This document shows positions 12,560 to 25,846 of a stretch of DNA of 64,000 nt, piece after piece. Position 1 is the stretch's first letter. Each line of letters opens with the position of its first letter. The notes under the pieces are model-generated. The model had not been told where the DNA came from and made no database searches. It saw nothing but the letters and a program-made list of their open reading frames with translations. The position numbers were made by a program, and so were the translations under genes. The DNA comes from Eledone cirrhosa (taxonomy: Eukaryota), in the NCBI GenBank assembly GCA_964016885.1, contig OZ024742.1, forward strand, positions 110,112,001-110,176,000. The letters run 5' to 3'.

Positions 12560-14040
12560 GAATATATTCTGTAATAGAAAAACCCAAGGTAACTGAAAAG
12601 TTTATTAACACAAGATCTGCAATATTGTAATCACTTAGGCCTTAAATGAAATTGATACTCATTGACAAGGTCAGATTCTTATAACAACACGAAAATCCAA
12701 TTGAATCGATTCAAAGTCATTATCAGAGATTACGTGAGGTAGCCTGGCTTTTTGAACTTGGAACCCCTAAAAATAAAAACAAGCTAAAATACAGATTATT
12801 GAAGATGGTGTTAATTTAAAGATGACATAGATGCCATGCAATTATCTGCGCATCGCATGAAAGCATTAGAGTATCTTCAATCGGATGATCCAATGCATAT
12901 TGCTTGTATTGATTTCACTTAATATCCTGAAGTGATATCGAAATTTTAGCTAGCCAAAAAGATAAAAAAAAGAAAGAAACTAAGGGGGTCTTGAGGATGT
13001 CACAGTGTTATGTATTGAGAGAAAAAACAAAACAACAGATATAAAACTGATTCTAAAAGTAGTTTTCCTGGATACAAACATGGGCAATTAAAATGTCCTG
13101 TATTTGTATTAAAATAATAAAAGAATTATATTCAGGCAGTAAGTAAATATATATACATTAAAAAGGTCGCGGAAATTGAAAAAAAATGAAAATGAAGATT
13201 CCGCAAGTGTTTTATGGAATTAATAACAATAATAAAAAAAATACCACAATACTTAATATAAAACTCAATGATATTAACGTTAAGATGAAAGTTGACACTG
13301 GCAGTCGGGTAACTATAATACGTCAATATTTTTTGGATAAACCAAAACAAAGAAAAAAAGTGTAATATCAAACTAAAAGGATTTAATGGAACCCATATTG
13401 ATATTTTGGGAAGGTTGATGCATTATCGGAAACTGATATCAGAATAGATATGAGTGATATTGTGGCTGAATGGAAAAAAAAAAATAATGGCTTACACTGA
13501 TCTTGCAGAATAATTTAGGAGATTGAGAGATTTATTTTTTAAGGCTAAAATTCTTCTCAAAGGAAATACCAAGCCATGTGTTATTTTGAGGAAAGGCCAT
13601 TACCAATACACATTAAGCCTTTAGTTATAATGAAGCTGAGGAAACTAATTGATGACGGTCTGTTAGAAAACTTTTCTCCGGGGGAGTTAATGTGTCTCTT
13701 TTTCAATTTTGTTGTGTGAAAGGTTGATGAAGATATCAGGATATGTAGCGACTATAAAGCAGGTGCAAATGAAAGGATTTGTTCCGATTCTTATCTAACA
13801 TTAAATACATAATCGATATTTTATTCTTTTTCTCGCATGAAATATTTTGTCAAATTGGATTGAAAGCGGGCACACCATCAGATAGTAATATGTTCTGAAG
13901 CAAGAAAATATACGACATTCAATTGGGGTTTGAAGATGGACATGTCTTCCATACGGAATTATAACGGCTAGAACTATATTTCAGAGAGCAATGGAACATA
14001 TTATTGAAAATTACATTGATAATTTTATCATTTATCTATA
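12560..14040 (+). mobile_element. Ty3/Gypsy relic: gag-like region, protease and RT N-half
   Basis: Hand translation: VDTGSRVTII (~13292, aspartic protease), PLPIHIKPLV...LIDDGLLE, DIRICSDYK, KYFVKLD*KRAHHQI, IFQRAMEHI. Heavily decayed; no LTR seen. Confidence 0.72.
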
Positions 14041-14045
14041 TAATA

Positions 14046-14130
<85 letters not shown>

Positions 14131-14131
<1 letters not shown>

Positions 14132-14820
14132 CCATGCCCTTTTCAGGACAGCTCGTCCTGCATTGGGTCCCACCTGATACTCAGCTCTCACGTGTGGCCC
14201 CAAGAAGCTGTAGAATGCGACAGCGGCCACACACCGGTAAACCGCCTTGGCTGGCGGGCCGAACCAGGTTGAGGGTAGCCGGACGGCTCTGAAACCCCTC
14301 GGTGAGTTAGATAGGGGATGTCTGCCCCTGCATGCGAAGACTGGACCCGGCAGAGTGAGTGGAGGAGGACAACATCGTCCCAACGGTCACGAAGGCGGCG
14401 ACAGCAAGCGGTGTGGAGCGCTAGGGCACGGCAAGGCACTACAGACGTCGTGGCCATCCACTGCAACCAAGGAAGTCCCTGGTCGTGATGGTCCTCCGTA
14501 CCACCGGATTCTGACTTCTGCGGCCGAGCGAGTGAGTGGGACCGTCACTGTGCACTGGCCCTCCTACTATAAACCTTTCCCGCACAGGTTTCTTCTTTAG
14601 CGTGCACTCCCAAAGCCTTGCGGCGATGGGCGAGAGGTGGAGGTAGCAGGTGGAGGTAACCTCAGGGAGTTGCCACTCTGACTCCAATCTCTTCCCCTGC
14701 CCCCACTGTCCCCGGACCTGCAAGTCAAGGATCGGCCTCCACAGCCACCTTCGTGCCCACGGCAGACGGGAACAACAATAAAGAAGAAGTCATTATCGTT
14801 TACGATGGACAACCAACCAA
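14131..14820 (+). mobile_element. Non-autonomous RTE derivative (5' UTR fused to 3' terminus)
   Basis: GC-rich structured leader of the type I recognise from BovB/AviRTE-like RTE 5' UTRs, joined to [23 protein letters not shown]...stop (14692-14781; RTE C-terminal C2H2 finger) and a short 3' UTR with a CAAC-type tail. Confidence 0.72.
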
Positions 14821-14867
14821 TATAGAAATGTCTTCTACAGGACTAAAACTGTTTCATTCGGGAGAAA

Positions 14868-14940
<73 letters not shown>

Positions 14941-15032
14941 TTGTGTGTTATACGTATGTGTGTTATATATACAGATATATGTGTTATATATTTATATTTG
15001 GTACCAACACCAGTATTTCTACGTACTACCTA

Positions 15033-15149
<117 letters not shown>

Positions 15150-15345
15150 TGTGTGTCTTATGTACGTAATGTGTGTACCTCTATCTGTCTATATACAAAG
15201 ACAATCCATCAGTCTCTGACACAGCCTTAGTTCGCTTGACTTTATTTTATATTATTTTATGATGAATTGTCTTTATTTTCGTTGTTTGACATAGACAGAT
15301 AAAGACACACACACCCTCACACAAACACGTATATATGTATAAATG

Positions 15346-15439
<94 letters not shown>

Positions 15440-15464
15440 GTTTGACTGTCTGTGTTTCTGTCTG

Positions 15465-15494
<30 letters not shown>

Positions 15495-15495
<1 letters not shown>

Positions 15496-15879
15496 GATCT
15501 TTTTTATGAAATACCACTTTGGAAGAAGAATCAGGATGGAGAGAGAGGTGCTGTACCCCAGCAAGTTTTATGAAAGGTGGGTGAAAGTGGCGAGAATGGC
15601 GCGAGTGAATGGGCCTTCCCTCTATATCAGCCTGTAGGTTGAGGAAAAGGAGGAGGAGAGGAAAGGAGTACAAACTCTTCGTACTCCTGGAGATGAGGGT
15701 TGCACATTTTTTCGGGGGTATGTGTTACCCATATAAACTGTCTCCCCCTATTGGGGAAAATCGACTAACTTTTTAAATTGCATTTTTGATAACATTTTAC
15801 ACGTTTTTATTGTATGTAAACTTCCCCCTTTGTATTTGTCCCCTTCTTTTGTGCCCCTGTGGCTAATAAAGAAACATAT

Positions 15880-15914
<35 letters not shown>

Positions 15915-15915
15915 A
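15495..15915 (+). mobile_element. 5'-truncated Tx1 3' end (TATC-associated subfamily)
   Basis: FFMKYHFGRRIRMEREVLYPSKFYERW; 3' UTR ends cccctgtggctaataaagaaa. (TATC)n on both sides. Confidence 0.9.
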
Positions 15916-15924
15916 CTAACTAAC

Positions 15925-16062
<138 letters not shown>

Positions 16063-16089
16063 AACGTATATATGTATACACACACCACA

Positions 16090-16650
16090 AGACCGTCGTT
16101 TAGTGGTGGGAATTATCTATGTAAATCTTCCAAAGGACAAGATGTAGTAAGAATATTTTCTTGCACTTGTCAATTTCTTGTGGGGATATACTCATCATAT
16201 TCAGATTGCATATTAACGATTGTATTACTTCGTAAACGTGATGTCCAATTTTCATGGAGAGTCCGACAACAAAAGATATATAAAACTATGTTAGTACCAA
16301 AGCCAGTAATCTAGATTTATTAGCCACAAAAGAAGTTACATTAAAAACTGTTGTATTGAAAAGGCTATATTGAGAATACTTACGCAAGACAGTCATCCTT
16401 TACTGTATTTTTCAATAGTTTTATCCACAACTGAAACCAGTTACTCGAGTATTGAAAAGGAAGTCTTTACGATTGTATGATGTATTTGAAAAGCAAGGTA
16501 TTTTCCTTGAGGTCGAACATTTAAATAGGTTTCAGATCAAACCCACAGGAATTTATTTACCGAAAGCAACATCTACATGTATTTTAAGTTGTGCCTTACA
16601 AATGGTAGCATTTCATGAAAACATGATGTAAAGGAATTTGAAATACCAAA
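16090..16650 (+). mobile_element. Gypsy RT-connection/RNase H relic (probable continuation of 12560-14040)
   Basis: LLRKRDVQFSW..RQQK..PKPVI and LSTTETSYSSIEKEVFTIV...GRTFK*VSD match the Gypsy RNase H consensus LS..E.NYS..EKE...GR.F...TDH. Confidence 0.7.
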
Positions 16651-17958
16651 TTCACGGAATTTGTTTGGTCGAAATATTATAAGTATTAATAGATAAAGAT
16701 GAGATGCTCAATATCAGAAATAAACTTGTAATTAACTGTTCTCAGGATTTGGAAAACCTTCAGCAAATTTCAAACACTAATAACATAGACATTGATAACG
16801 GTGTGACTATATTTAGAAATATTTAATATCATTAGAAAAAAGTATCATCTGATATGAATTTATCATTTCAATTTGCAAACTTCTTCTTATTTATTTTCCA
16901 TTGTTCATTATTGTTTGTTATTGTCATTTATTAATTAGTTATTTTAATTAACACCAAACCTGCCAAGACTTCTATTATTATTGTTAATACGATCATTATT
17001 TTTTACCATTCAATTATGTTCGAGGTAATATTAAACTTGCTAATCGCATTTATGTTATTAGAAACGTGAATATCAAACCTTAATATGCCGCCGAATTATT
17101 ATAAAAATATGAGGTTTAATATTACTTTATCTTTATTAGAATTCCATATGTCTTAAACTACAATCCAACATTTATATTTTTGTTTTAATTAAACTTCAAT
17201 TCATTTTATACGCCATATTATATAAAGCTTATTATTTACTACGAGGCGTACTTTCTAGATAATCCGATATAATGTTATAATCATACAGTTAACGTCGATT
17301 TAAGCATTGCAGTTTTCTATTTATCTACCCATTGATTATTTATTCTAAGTGTTCACTAATCCTGATGGTATTATTATTACTTTGATCGTTATATATTCCG
17401 TTTCACTACATTTTCAGTATACTAGTTTTCCACGTTATATTTACCAGGCTGTTACGATTGTTATGGAAAATATATTTACTACATCTTAAAGAGAATCGGA
17501 TTGCTTCTTCCAAAAATGTTTTTACCTACCTCCGTCTTGTGTATCGTTAGAAATAGGTATATTTGATGTAGAGCACTTTCTTTTTCGAATTTCAATTTGT
17601 AAATCTCTAATTGCTATATTACTTTTATTGTTATTTATTAATTACTAACTCTAATTAACAATAATCATCCAATTATCACTTTCATTATTGCTTCTATTAC
17701 CATTGTGTATATGAAACATTGTGGCCATGCTGTAAAGAACATGAATAAATCAACTATATTTACTTTGCTATAAATATTGAGTTCGTCTTCGTCAGTGGAA
17801 TACGAAGATCACTAGATGAAAACCCAATATTTACATGTGAGTATTTGTATACACGCATACATATATATATACATACATTCACATGCGCATACATACACAC
17901 ACACACATATATATATACATACATACACACATATACAAATATATACACATACACACAC

Positions 17959-17992
<34 letters not shown>

Positions 17993-18449
17993 ATATGTAT
18001 ATATATATACACACACAATCATATGTAAATAAAATCACTTAGCGTCTGCGTTGTTGGCTCGTTAGAGAATAAGTATTTTATTGATGCAAGTATTTCGTTA
18101 AGACATTGTAAATATCTATCATTAATTTACTGACGCTATGATGTAGATGGACTTGTGATAGGGGAATCACCTTGCATCTCTATTTTAGTTAGATTTTCTT
18201 CAGTTTATCTTTTGAACACATTAATGCCTTCAGCAAAATATTTAATGTTTTTCTTGTCTGAGAAACTTAAAACTTCTCTTGAGAGTCTTCAGTATAACAG
18301 GATATCTAAATATATATTGATGTAAATATTCATACGTACGTAGATGCATACACACACATACACGTAACTTTACATCCTAATAGACACATAAATACACGTA
18401 TACGTGTAGATATTATCTTATATTATATATAACACAGACATGTATATAT

Positions 18450-18493
<44 letters not shown>

Positions 18494-18863
18494 CCCCCCC
18501 CCACATATATATATATATATATATATATATACGTCAGAGCTACTACGACGCCATACCTGGTACGTCCGATTCGTTGATCGTATGACGACCAACTTGGTCA
18601 ACCTGTGCCGATGAAAAAGAACCGGAAAGTTACTATATATATATAATAAAATTGCAGGGAACTCGAACGCAGAAATAGCTGTAAAAACAGCCGGTTCTAT
18701 GATGATCATAGCAAAGAGTCGAGTTAAACAAAACCCCTTAATTAACGGAAGAGCGGTCAGAGAAGGAGGGAGAAAGAAAACACTAGGAGGGAGAGAGAGA
18801 GAAAGAGAGAGAATGAAAAGAATAGAGCGTAGAGAATATGATGAGAGATAGGAAAGATAGATA

Positions 18864-21800
18864 TATTTCTTTATTTGCCACAAGGGGGCACAAGAAAAGG
18901 GGACAATACAAAGACACATGCCGGGGATTTTACATACAGTCGTGTAAAAATATTGAAACAAACAATTATAACAATCGAAATCCCCAATAGAGGGGAGGTG
19001 CCACAAATGGGTTGTTTAATACCCCGTCGATAGAACAACCCTCAACTTCAGGAGCATGTTGTGCAAGTGCTCCCGTCTTCCTTTTTATCTCTTCTTTAAC
19101 CTACAGGCTTATAAACAGAGAAGGCCCAATCACTCGGGCCATTTTCGCTTCATTCACCCACCTTTCAGTAAATTTACTGGGGTGCAGTGCCTCTCTCTCC
19201 ACTCCGATTCTACTTCTAAAGTGATACTTAAAGAAGGGAATCAATTGTTGCTCGGAGAGAAAGGCATCTGTCCTCAGTCCTCTCAATCTCGTCCACCATA
19301 TAACCTATTTCACCATAGCCACTGTACAGAGGAAAACCGCCCCTCTTTTGTTTTTGAAAGAGGCTGGCGGTTTGTCCTTACTATGGACTCGGCAAGTCAA
19401 CTGGATTTGTCCCATACGCGACAGCAGTTGTTCTGCATAGTTCTACAGGTCGCTTACGCCCGGGCAGTGTACAATTGCGTGCAAGACGGTTTCAATGTCC
19501 TGCTCGCATCTTGGAAACGTCCTCTTGGGAGGATCCCTGCCGGGGCTTCCGTGCCTGTAGATCTTATATCGAACAGGTAGAGCTCCTCGGTAGCACTGCC
19601 AGGCCAGGGACCTCTGGAAGTTGTCCATAGGTCCTGGGCGGAAAGTCCTATCGAACAGACTGGTGAGCTCGTCGTCTTCGACACCTAGAGTCTCCCGGAG
19701 CACGTCGTCGCACTTGTAAAGTACTAACACTCTATAGAATGTCGAAGTGGAGTCTCCGCTGATTGCTGTGCCCGCTTGACAGAGGACTGTGAGCGCCTGG
19801 GCGCATTCAATGTGCCAGGCGCCCATCTTCTTCGATCTTCGCTTCACCCAGGACTGCAGCTCCGTCAGCGAGACAAGTTGTGGGAAGGCCTGTCTCACAA
19901 ACGGTGCCCACACCGGTTGGTCGGTGAGGAATACCTGGAGATGCCGTAGCCTCAGCGCATGTTTGCGCATCATTAGCCACGGCATGCCCAACACTCCGTT
20001 GGAAGGGTGTTGACAGCAGACGGATCTCCTCACCAGCGGAGCCTGCTTCTTCCACAAGAACTGGAAGAGCATGCGCTCCATCTTGGTGAGGTATTCACGG
20101 GGACAAGGCACGACAGTCAAGCGGTAGTAGATGACGGACGCCATGAAAGTGTTCGCCACCTCCGCTCGACCTTTAAAAGACATTTTGCACTCTGCCCACT
20201 TCTGGGTGAGCGCAAATACCTTGGCCATGACCTCGTTCCAGTTTTTCTCCACCTGGAGGTCGGACCGAACCAGACCCGAGCAATTTCACCGGTCCTTCCG
20301 TCCAGCGTCCGACGGCATCGGTTTGCCTCTCCACGTTCCGAGTTGCAAACCGACAGACTTGTCCGGGTTTAGTTTTGCTCCTGTGAACCTTTCGTATTCC
20401 TGTAGTAGGTTGCCGATTACCTTGATTTCCGAGGTTTTCGACACCATTACCGTCACGTCGTCGGCATAAGCCGACGCCGCTTTTTGCAGTCCTGCTTCGA
20501 TCGGGATGACCTGCAAAAGCTCCAACTTCCGCAGTAGTGGCTCGAGAGTCAATACGTACAGAATGGAGGAGAGAGGGCATTCCTGTCAAATGGAACGCGT
20601 GATTGCGAACGGCTCCGATAGGTAGCCGTTCACCTTGACCGTCGAGGAGATGCTGGTGTGCATCGCCTTGATCCAGCCTCTGAAAACTGGACCGAAACCG
20701 GCCGCCTTGAGAACCGCTTCCAAGTATCGATGGTCGACTCTATCGAATGCCTTAGACTGATCTAAATTGATCAGAGCCCCACCGAAGCCGGGTTTACACC
20801 CCACCCTCTCTATGATGTATCGCATGAGGTGGAGGTTGTCGTGTATGGACCTGGTCGGGATTGCACACATTTGCGCTTTCCCTACCAGGTTTTCGATGAC
20901 AAGCGTCAGCCTCGTTGCTAGCACCTTGGCCAAAATCTTTAACTCTGTGTTGAGCAGAGTTATGGGCCTGAATTATTTATTTCGTCCCCCTTGTTCTCGT
21001 CTTTCCTGATTAGCGTTATACGCCCTTGCCTGCAGAACTGGGAATTGTCCCGTTCTGCTGCCAATTGCAGTAGACGGCTTCGAGGACGCCAGAGAACAAG
21101 TCCGGCATGCCTATGTAAAACTCATAGGGTAGACCATCTTGACTGGGTGATTTGAGTTTCCCGCAGCGGCTCAGAGCGTCCAGTATCTCAGTGGCTGTGA
21201 TCGGTCTTTCGCAGAACTCGGCGTCCATGCTGGAGAGACGCGGCAGGCCGTCGAGGTATGAACTAAAGTCCATTGCCTCGTTCGGTGCACCGTCGTTCTG
21301 CTCAAACAGTCGCGCAAAGTGCCGCTGAAAGGCCGCGCACATCTGCCTGGAGTCAAGTAGCACGCGTCCATTTTGGTCTTTCAAAGACCGAATCGTGGAC
21401 TTGTTGCCACTTTTCACTTCCGCCACTCGGGCCCAGCTAGCAGCTTTTGCTCCCCCGTTTCCTAGAGCACGTGATTTACTTCTGACCACGCAGCCTTTGT
21501 GTTTCGCGTGATCTGAATAGGCAACCATGTGCAGTTGTGGACAGTTTAACATCTTCTTGTCCTTCTCTCTAATGAAAAACCTATTTAGATACGATCTAGA
21601 TGTCCCGCTGCGGTTTGTCCACGTCCACTGTGGTGCAGTCGGGAAATCTAGCCGATATCTAACGGCCAGTTGGAATGGTCGATTAGATTTTTGAGGCTGT
21701 TGCACCCCGCTCTACTGGGACATGCTCCCACATAGTTCCATCGTGCATCTAGGATACCATTCCAGTCCCCCACTAAAAGCAAGGAGCGAGACGTTCCCAG

Positions 21801-22549
21801 AAAAGACTCTAGACGCTTAAAGAAGTCTGGCCGCGATTGTGATTGCCCGGTCGAGGCATAAACGGCCACCAGTCTGAAGGCTCCACCTCCAATACTGTTC
21901 ACGTCTAGGACTACCAGTTACCCTCCGGGTCCAAGTGTACTTGCTGTACTTCGAGATCCAGGTTTTTCCGAAACATGACAGTCAACCTCCCGGCTGACAG
22001 AAAGATGCGTAGATCTCAAAGTCACTGAAGATGGGGTGGATCCTGGACTCGGTGATGGCTATTACATCTATACCGTCTGACCTAAGGTCGTTTAAAAGTT
22101 GGCCCTGTTTCTAGGGCATCCCTAGGCCACGCACATTCACGCTTCCAACTCGTAAGTCAGCCATGTTGGTGGAGAAGAGTTGGCGAAAAGGACGAAAAGG
22201 TGCACTTACCTTTTCGTTTCCTGGAGATCGGGTTGTTCGATCTCCATTTCAGTTCTGGTGGGGGTTTTGGGTGGGGTGGGGAAACATTTCAACAGGACAC
22301 GGTTTATTGGTTTTTGGCAGGAGTTGCCAACGTCCTGTGAGAACTGTTCTTTCAATTTCTGATACGTTTCTATCGAAACCCTTATTAGTTTTAGGTGAGG
22401 TTGAGAGTCTGCTTTTACAAAAGTTTTCCCTTCAGTTTCTACTTTGGGGTCTTGGGAGATGACCTCCATTAGGTTTTTGTTGTTTGTGTTAATGTATGTG
22501 TATTGTTTGTTTTTTGTTGTTGTGTTGTTTTGGTTTGTTGTTAATTTTG
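18864..22549 (-). mobile_element. Tx1/L1-clade LINE (TATC subfamily), 5'-truncated within ORF1, internal deletion, 15-bp TSD
   Basis: APE (LVAVYA, VGDWNG, YSDH), RT (DQSKAFDRVDH, AYADDV) and C-terminal C..C..H...HC region. Deletion at ~21510. TSD taggaaagatagata at 18849-18863 and 22550-22564. Confidence 0.95.
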
Positions 22550-22582
22550 TAGGAAAGATAGATAGATAGATAGGATAGATAT

Positions 22583-22647
<65 letters not shown>

Positions 22648-22776
22648 AAGAAAGAGTACGTTTGTTTTGTAAACAACATGATATGAAATGATTAAAGAAC
22701 TCGAACGCAGAAATAGAAAAGTTAGGAGAGAGATCGAGATCGAGAGAGAGGGAGAGAGAGATAGAGAGCGAGCAAG

Positions 22777-22809
<33 letters not shown>

Positions 22810-23114
22810 AGAATGGAGAGAATGACAGTGATAGAGCGTATAATGGAGAAGTAAGATTGGAATGACAGTGAAAAAAAAAATTCAAATACATAAAAGACCG
22901 AAATTTAGCGTCAACACCTCGTTAGTTTCCTTCTAGCTACATGATTAAGCGCGGTGAGGAAGTATCATGTATTTAAGGGTAGCCCGCTGAATAGAAACAA
23001 AATTTCTGTCGATATGATGCGTGTCACAACAAGAAAAAACAAAATAAATCAAGAGAGCTGTAGAAAAACTTGTTCCACTCTGGTCCCTGACAGACAGGAA
23101 AGAGGCAGTCTCAT

Positions 23115-24400
23115 CTTCCGGTTTCGACTTAGCATCCTTTATTCGAACCCAGATACTAGGGCGTTCGTATAGAGATATCAAGGCAGCAAAAATCTGTCCA
23201 TCGATCCTATGTTCCTGCAGAACCTTCCATAACAGATCCCGTGGAATGCGGTCATATGCCTTTTCTAGATGAACGAAACAAGAATACACCCCTTGGGAAA
23301 TCTCCTACGATTTCTCAATTGGTCGGCTGTGCTGCGTCCGGGGAGAAAACCACACTCGTTCATCAGTGACAAAAAAACAACAACAAAAACATCAATTATT
23401 GATCTCTGTCTCTGACTCTTCTTATACCAGGTGTATTCAGAGATGTCTTTGTGCTGGAAAAAGGCTTTCATAATAGAGAGCCTATTACTAGAACGTCTCT
23501 CCACTCGTATTTAGATCGGGGTCACCGTTCCTTCCAATCATCCATTTCCATGTCAGGTAGTCCGTGCCAACATGTACATTGAAGTCTCCCATCACGATAT
23601 ATGACTCAGTTAACTACATCTAATGCTGCAATGACTTCATCAAGGAAGGATCTGAATCCGGACTCTCTGATTGGCACATAAGCTAGCACCACCCACAGAG
23701 ATTTTGCTTTCAACCGAAGCTTCAAGAGGAAAATCCTCCCCCACCAAAGTAGGACCCAGTTCATAATACATTCTGACAGTTGGGGGGCTCGTGAGTATCC
23801 CCACTCCCATTTGTGCAGTCTTTATTAGCGCCACACCTGAATAATGGACTTCCCATCCAAATCGACGGTGCCAGAGCCACGGAACATTGTTGAGGAAAGC
23901 CTGACAATATATAGTCGGTAGAATCTGGTCTCTTTCACTAGTTCCTGCTTCTTACCTGTAAGGGTTATAACTTTCCAGTTACTAATTATCAAGGTTTGCT
24001 CCCGTCCGGACCCTCTCTGGGGCCTCGGGATACGTAATCTTTGTGCTTCCATCCCACGCCTCCCAGGACATGTCGCAGGCTCATCGCCAGCTCTTGCAGC
24101 ATTGGGTGGAGACTGCAATATATTTTTCGAACAGGCTCCTCTACCTAAGGCCTGAACGCGTTCCTTGTTACCCGCACGAAGGATGATGTGGTATGGATGC
24201 CTTTACTGTTTCCGGCTATATTGCAGTGTTTAGTGGTCTCATTCGCGCTAGTCACCAGTTTGGTACTTTTCTCAGATCCGAGAAGACTAGGCTTTTTTAA
24301 AGACGGTCGTGTGTGCATGTGTGATGTGGGGCTGGGGTGGGGTGGTCTTGCGTGGTTGACTCTCTTAATCAAAAGATTAAGAATGCCATTCATAAAATAG
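23115..24400 (-). mobile_element. Decayed, multiply deleted RTE-like LINE
   Basis: NWKVITLTGKKQELV, GVGIL, MGDFNVHVG, FFQHK..YTW..SIID, CGFLPGRSTADQ, CFVHLEKAYDRIPR. Confidence 0.8.
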
Positions 24401-24678
24401 TTAACTTAAAATATAGCACCTGAAGTAAGCCGCAATACTTTAAACGCTCGTATCTCCGTCGACCCTTATGCAGAATAATACATACAAACATACATGGCGG
24501 CTGCCAACTCGTTTTCGAGTACGACCACTACTTTATATCCATGTAGGAGAACCCCTACCGATGCGCTGAACAAGTGTGACTTTTTAGTCCAGCCAGCGAC
24601 TTGAAAACTCTGGTACATACATACATACATACATAATATGTACGCAGAAATACACACAATTCTTCCCATATATACATA

Positions 24679-25846
24679 CAGGGTGTGTAAGATATCTAAG
24701 GACATACCTTTCTTTGGTTTTGCTGCACATTACTAAACTTTATATCAATTTTTTCCTGGAAAACAAGACATGCTGCAATTATAGCTTTTAATGGTGAACA
24801 TAGCGATTTAGAGATTTAAAGTTGCTAGATCTTTCGTCTACAAAGTTCGTATCAGCAGTATCAGTGCTTAAAAAGCATTCCTAACGCTCTGACATCATCA
24901 GAACACCTGAATTTATCCAGCAAGTTCAGTAGACCATTGATGAAAATCCCAGAAAATCCATGAAGTCACTTGCAAAAGATTTCCATATGTCAGAAGGAAT
25001 AATCAGAAATGTTGTCCACGATGACAACAGATATAAGTCTTATGTGATGACGAAAGGTCAATTTATGTCTGAATAAAAAAGAAAATCACTTAATCAGATC
25101 TAAAAGGCTCCTAAATTAACTTAAAAATCCAGCAGAAGATGATGTGATTTGGTTTTTCTCAGACGAGAAAAACTTTGACTAAGATAAGAAATTTAACGAA
25201 AGAAATGGCAGATGGTTATGTGCAGACCCTTCTGAAGTTTCAACAGTTATGTACACAGAATTTCATGCAAATGTCATGGTTTTTGGGGTTGTCAGCAATG
25301 AATGACATATGATGTCCCCTCACTTCTTTCCACAAGGCCTTAGAGTTAACTCTTCTGCCTACATTGAGGTCCTGGAAACAGCTGTTAAACCCTGGATAGA
25401 CAGTGTATGTAATGGAAGGCCTTATGTGCTTCAGCAAGACACTGTCCCATCACACAACGAATGGATGGCTGAAAAGTTTCATGATCATATAACCCCTAAC
25501 ATTTTGTCTCCAAACTTCCCAGATCTCAATCCATTGGACTACTACGTGTAAAGTGTTATTGAGAGGTCAATGAACACCCCCATAACACCAAACATTCTTT
25601 GAAAGCTGCCATTGTCAGAGTAATGTCCAATATGAACCAGGACCATTTAGTTCGAGCATGTAGACGATTTTGATCTCGCATAGAAGCAGTTATTGAAGCT
25701 GAAGGTGGCTTTATTGAATAAAAGTATAAAAAAGATGATTTACTTTTATACTTACAGCATTTTTTCAATAATTAAGTTATTATTTGTTAATATATATCTG
25801 TTTTTCTATAAATATAAATCTGCCCTCAAATATCTTACGCACCGTG
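24679..25846 (+). mobile_element. Tc1/mariner DNA transposon (DDxD, maT/DD37D-like), decayed
   Basis: TA-flanked imperfect TIRs (cagggtgtgtaagatatct / aaatatcttacgcaccgtg). Transposase motifs WFFSDEKNF, YVLQQD, SPNFPDLNPLDYYV. Confidence 0.88.
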
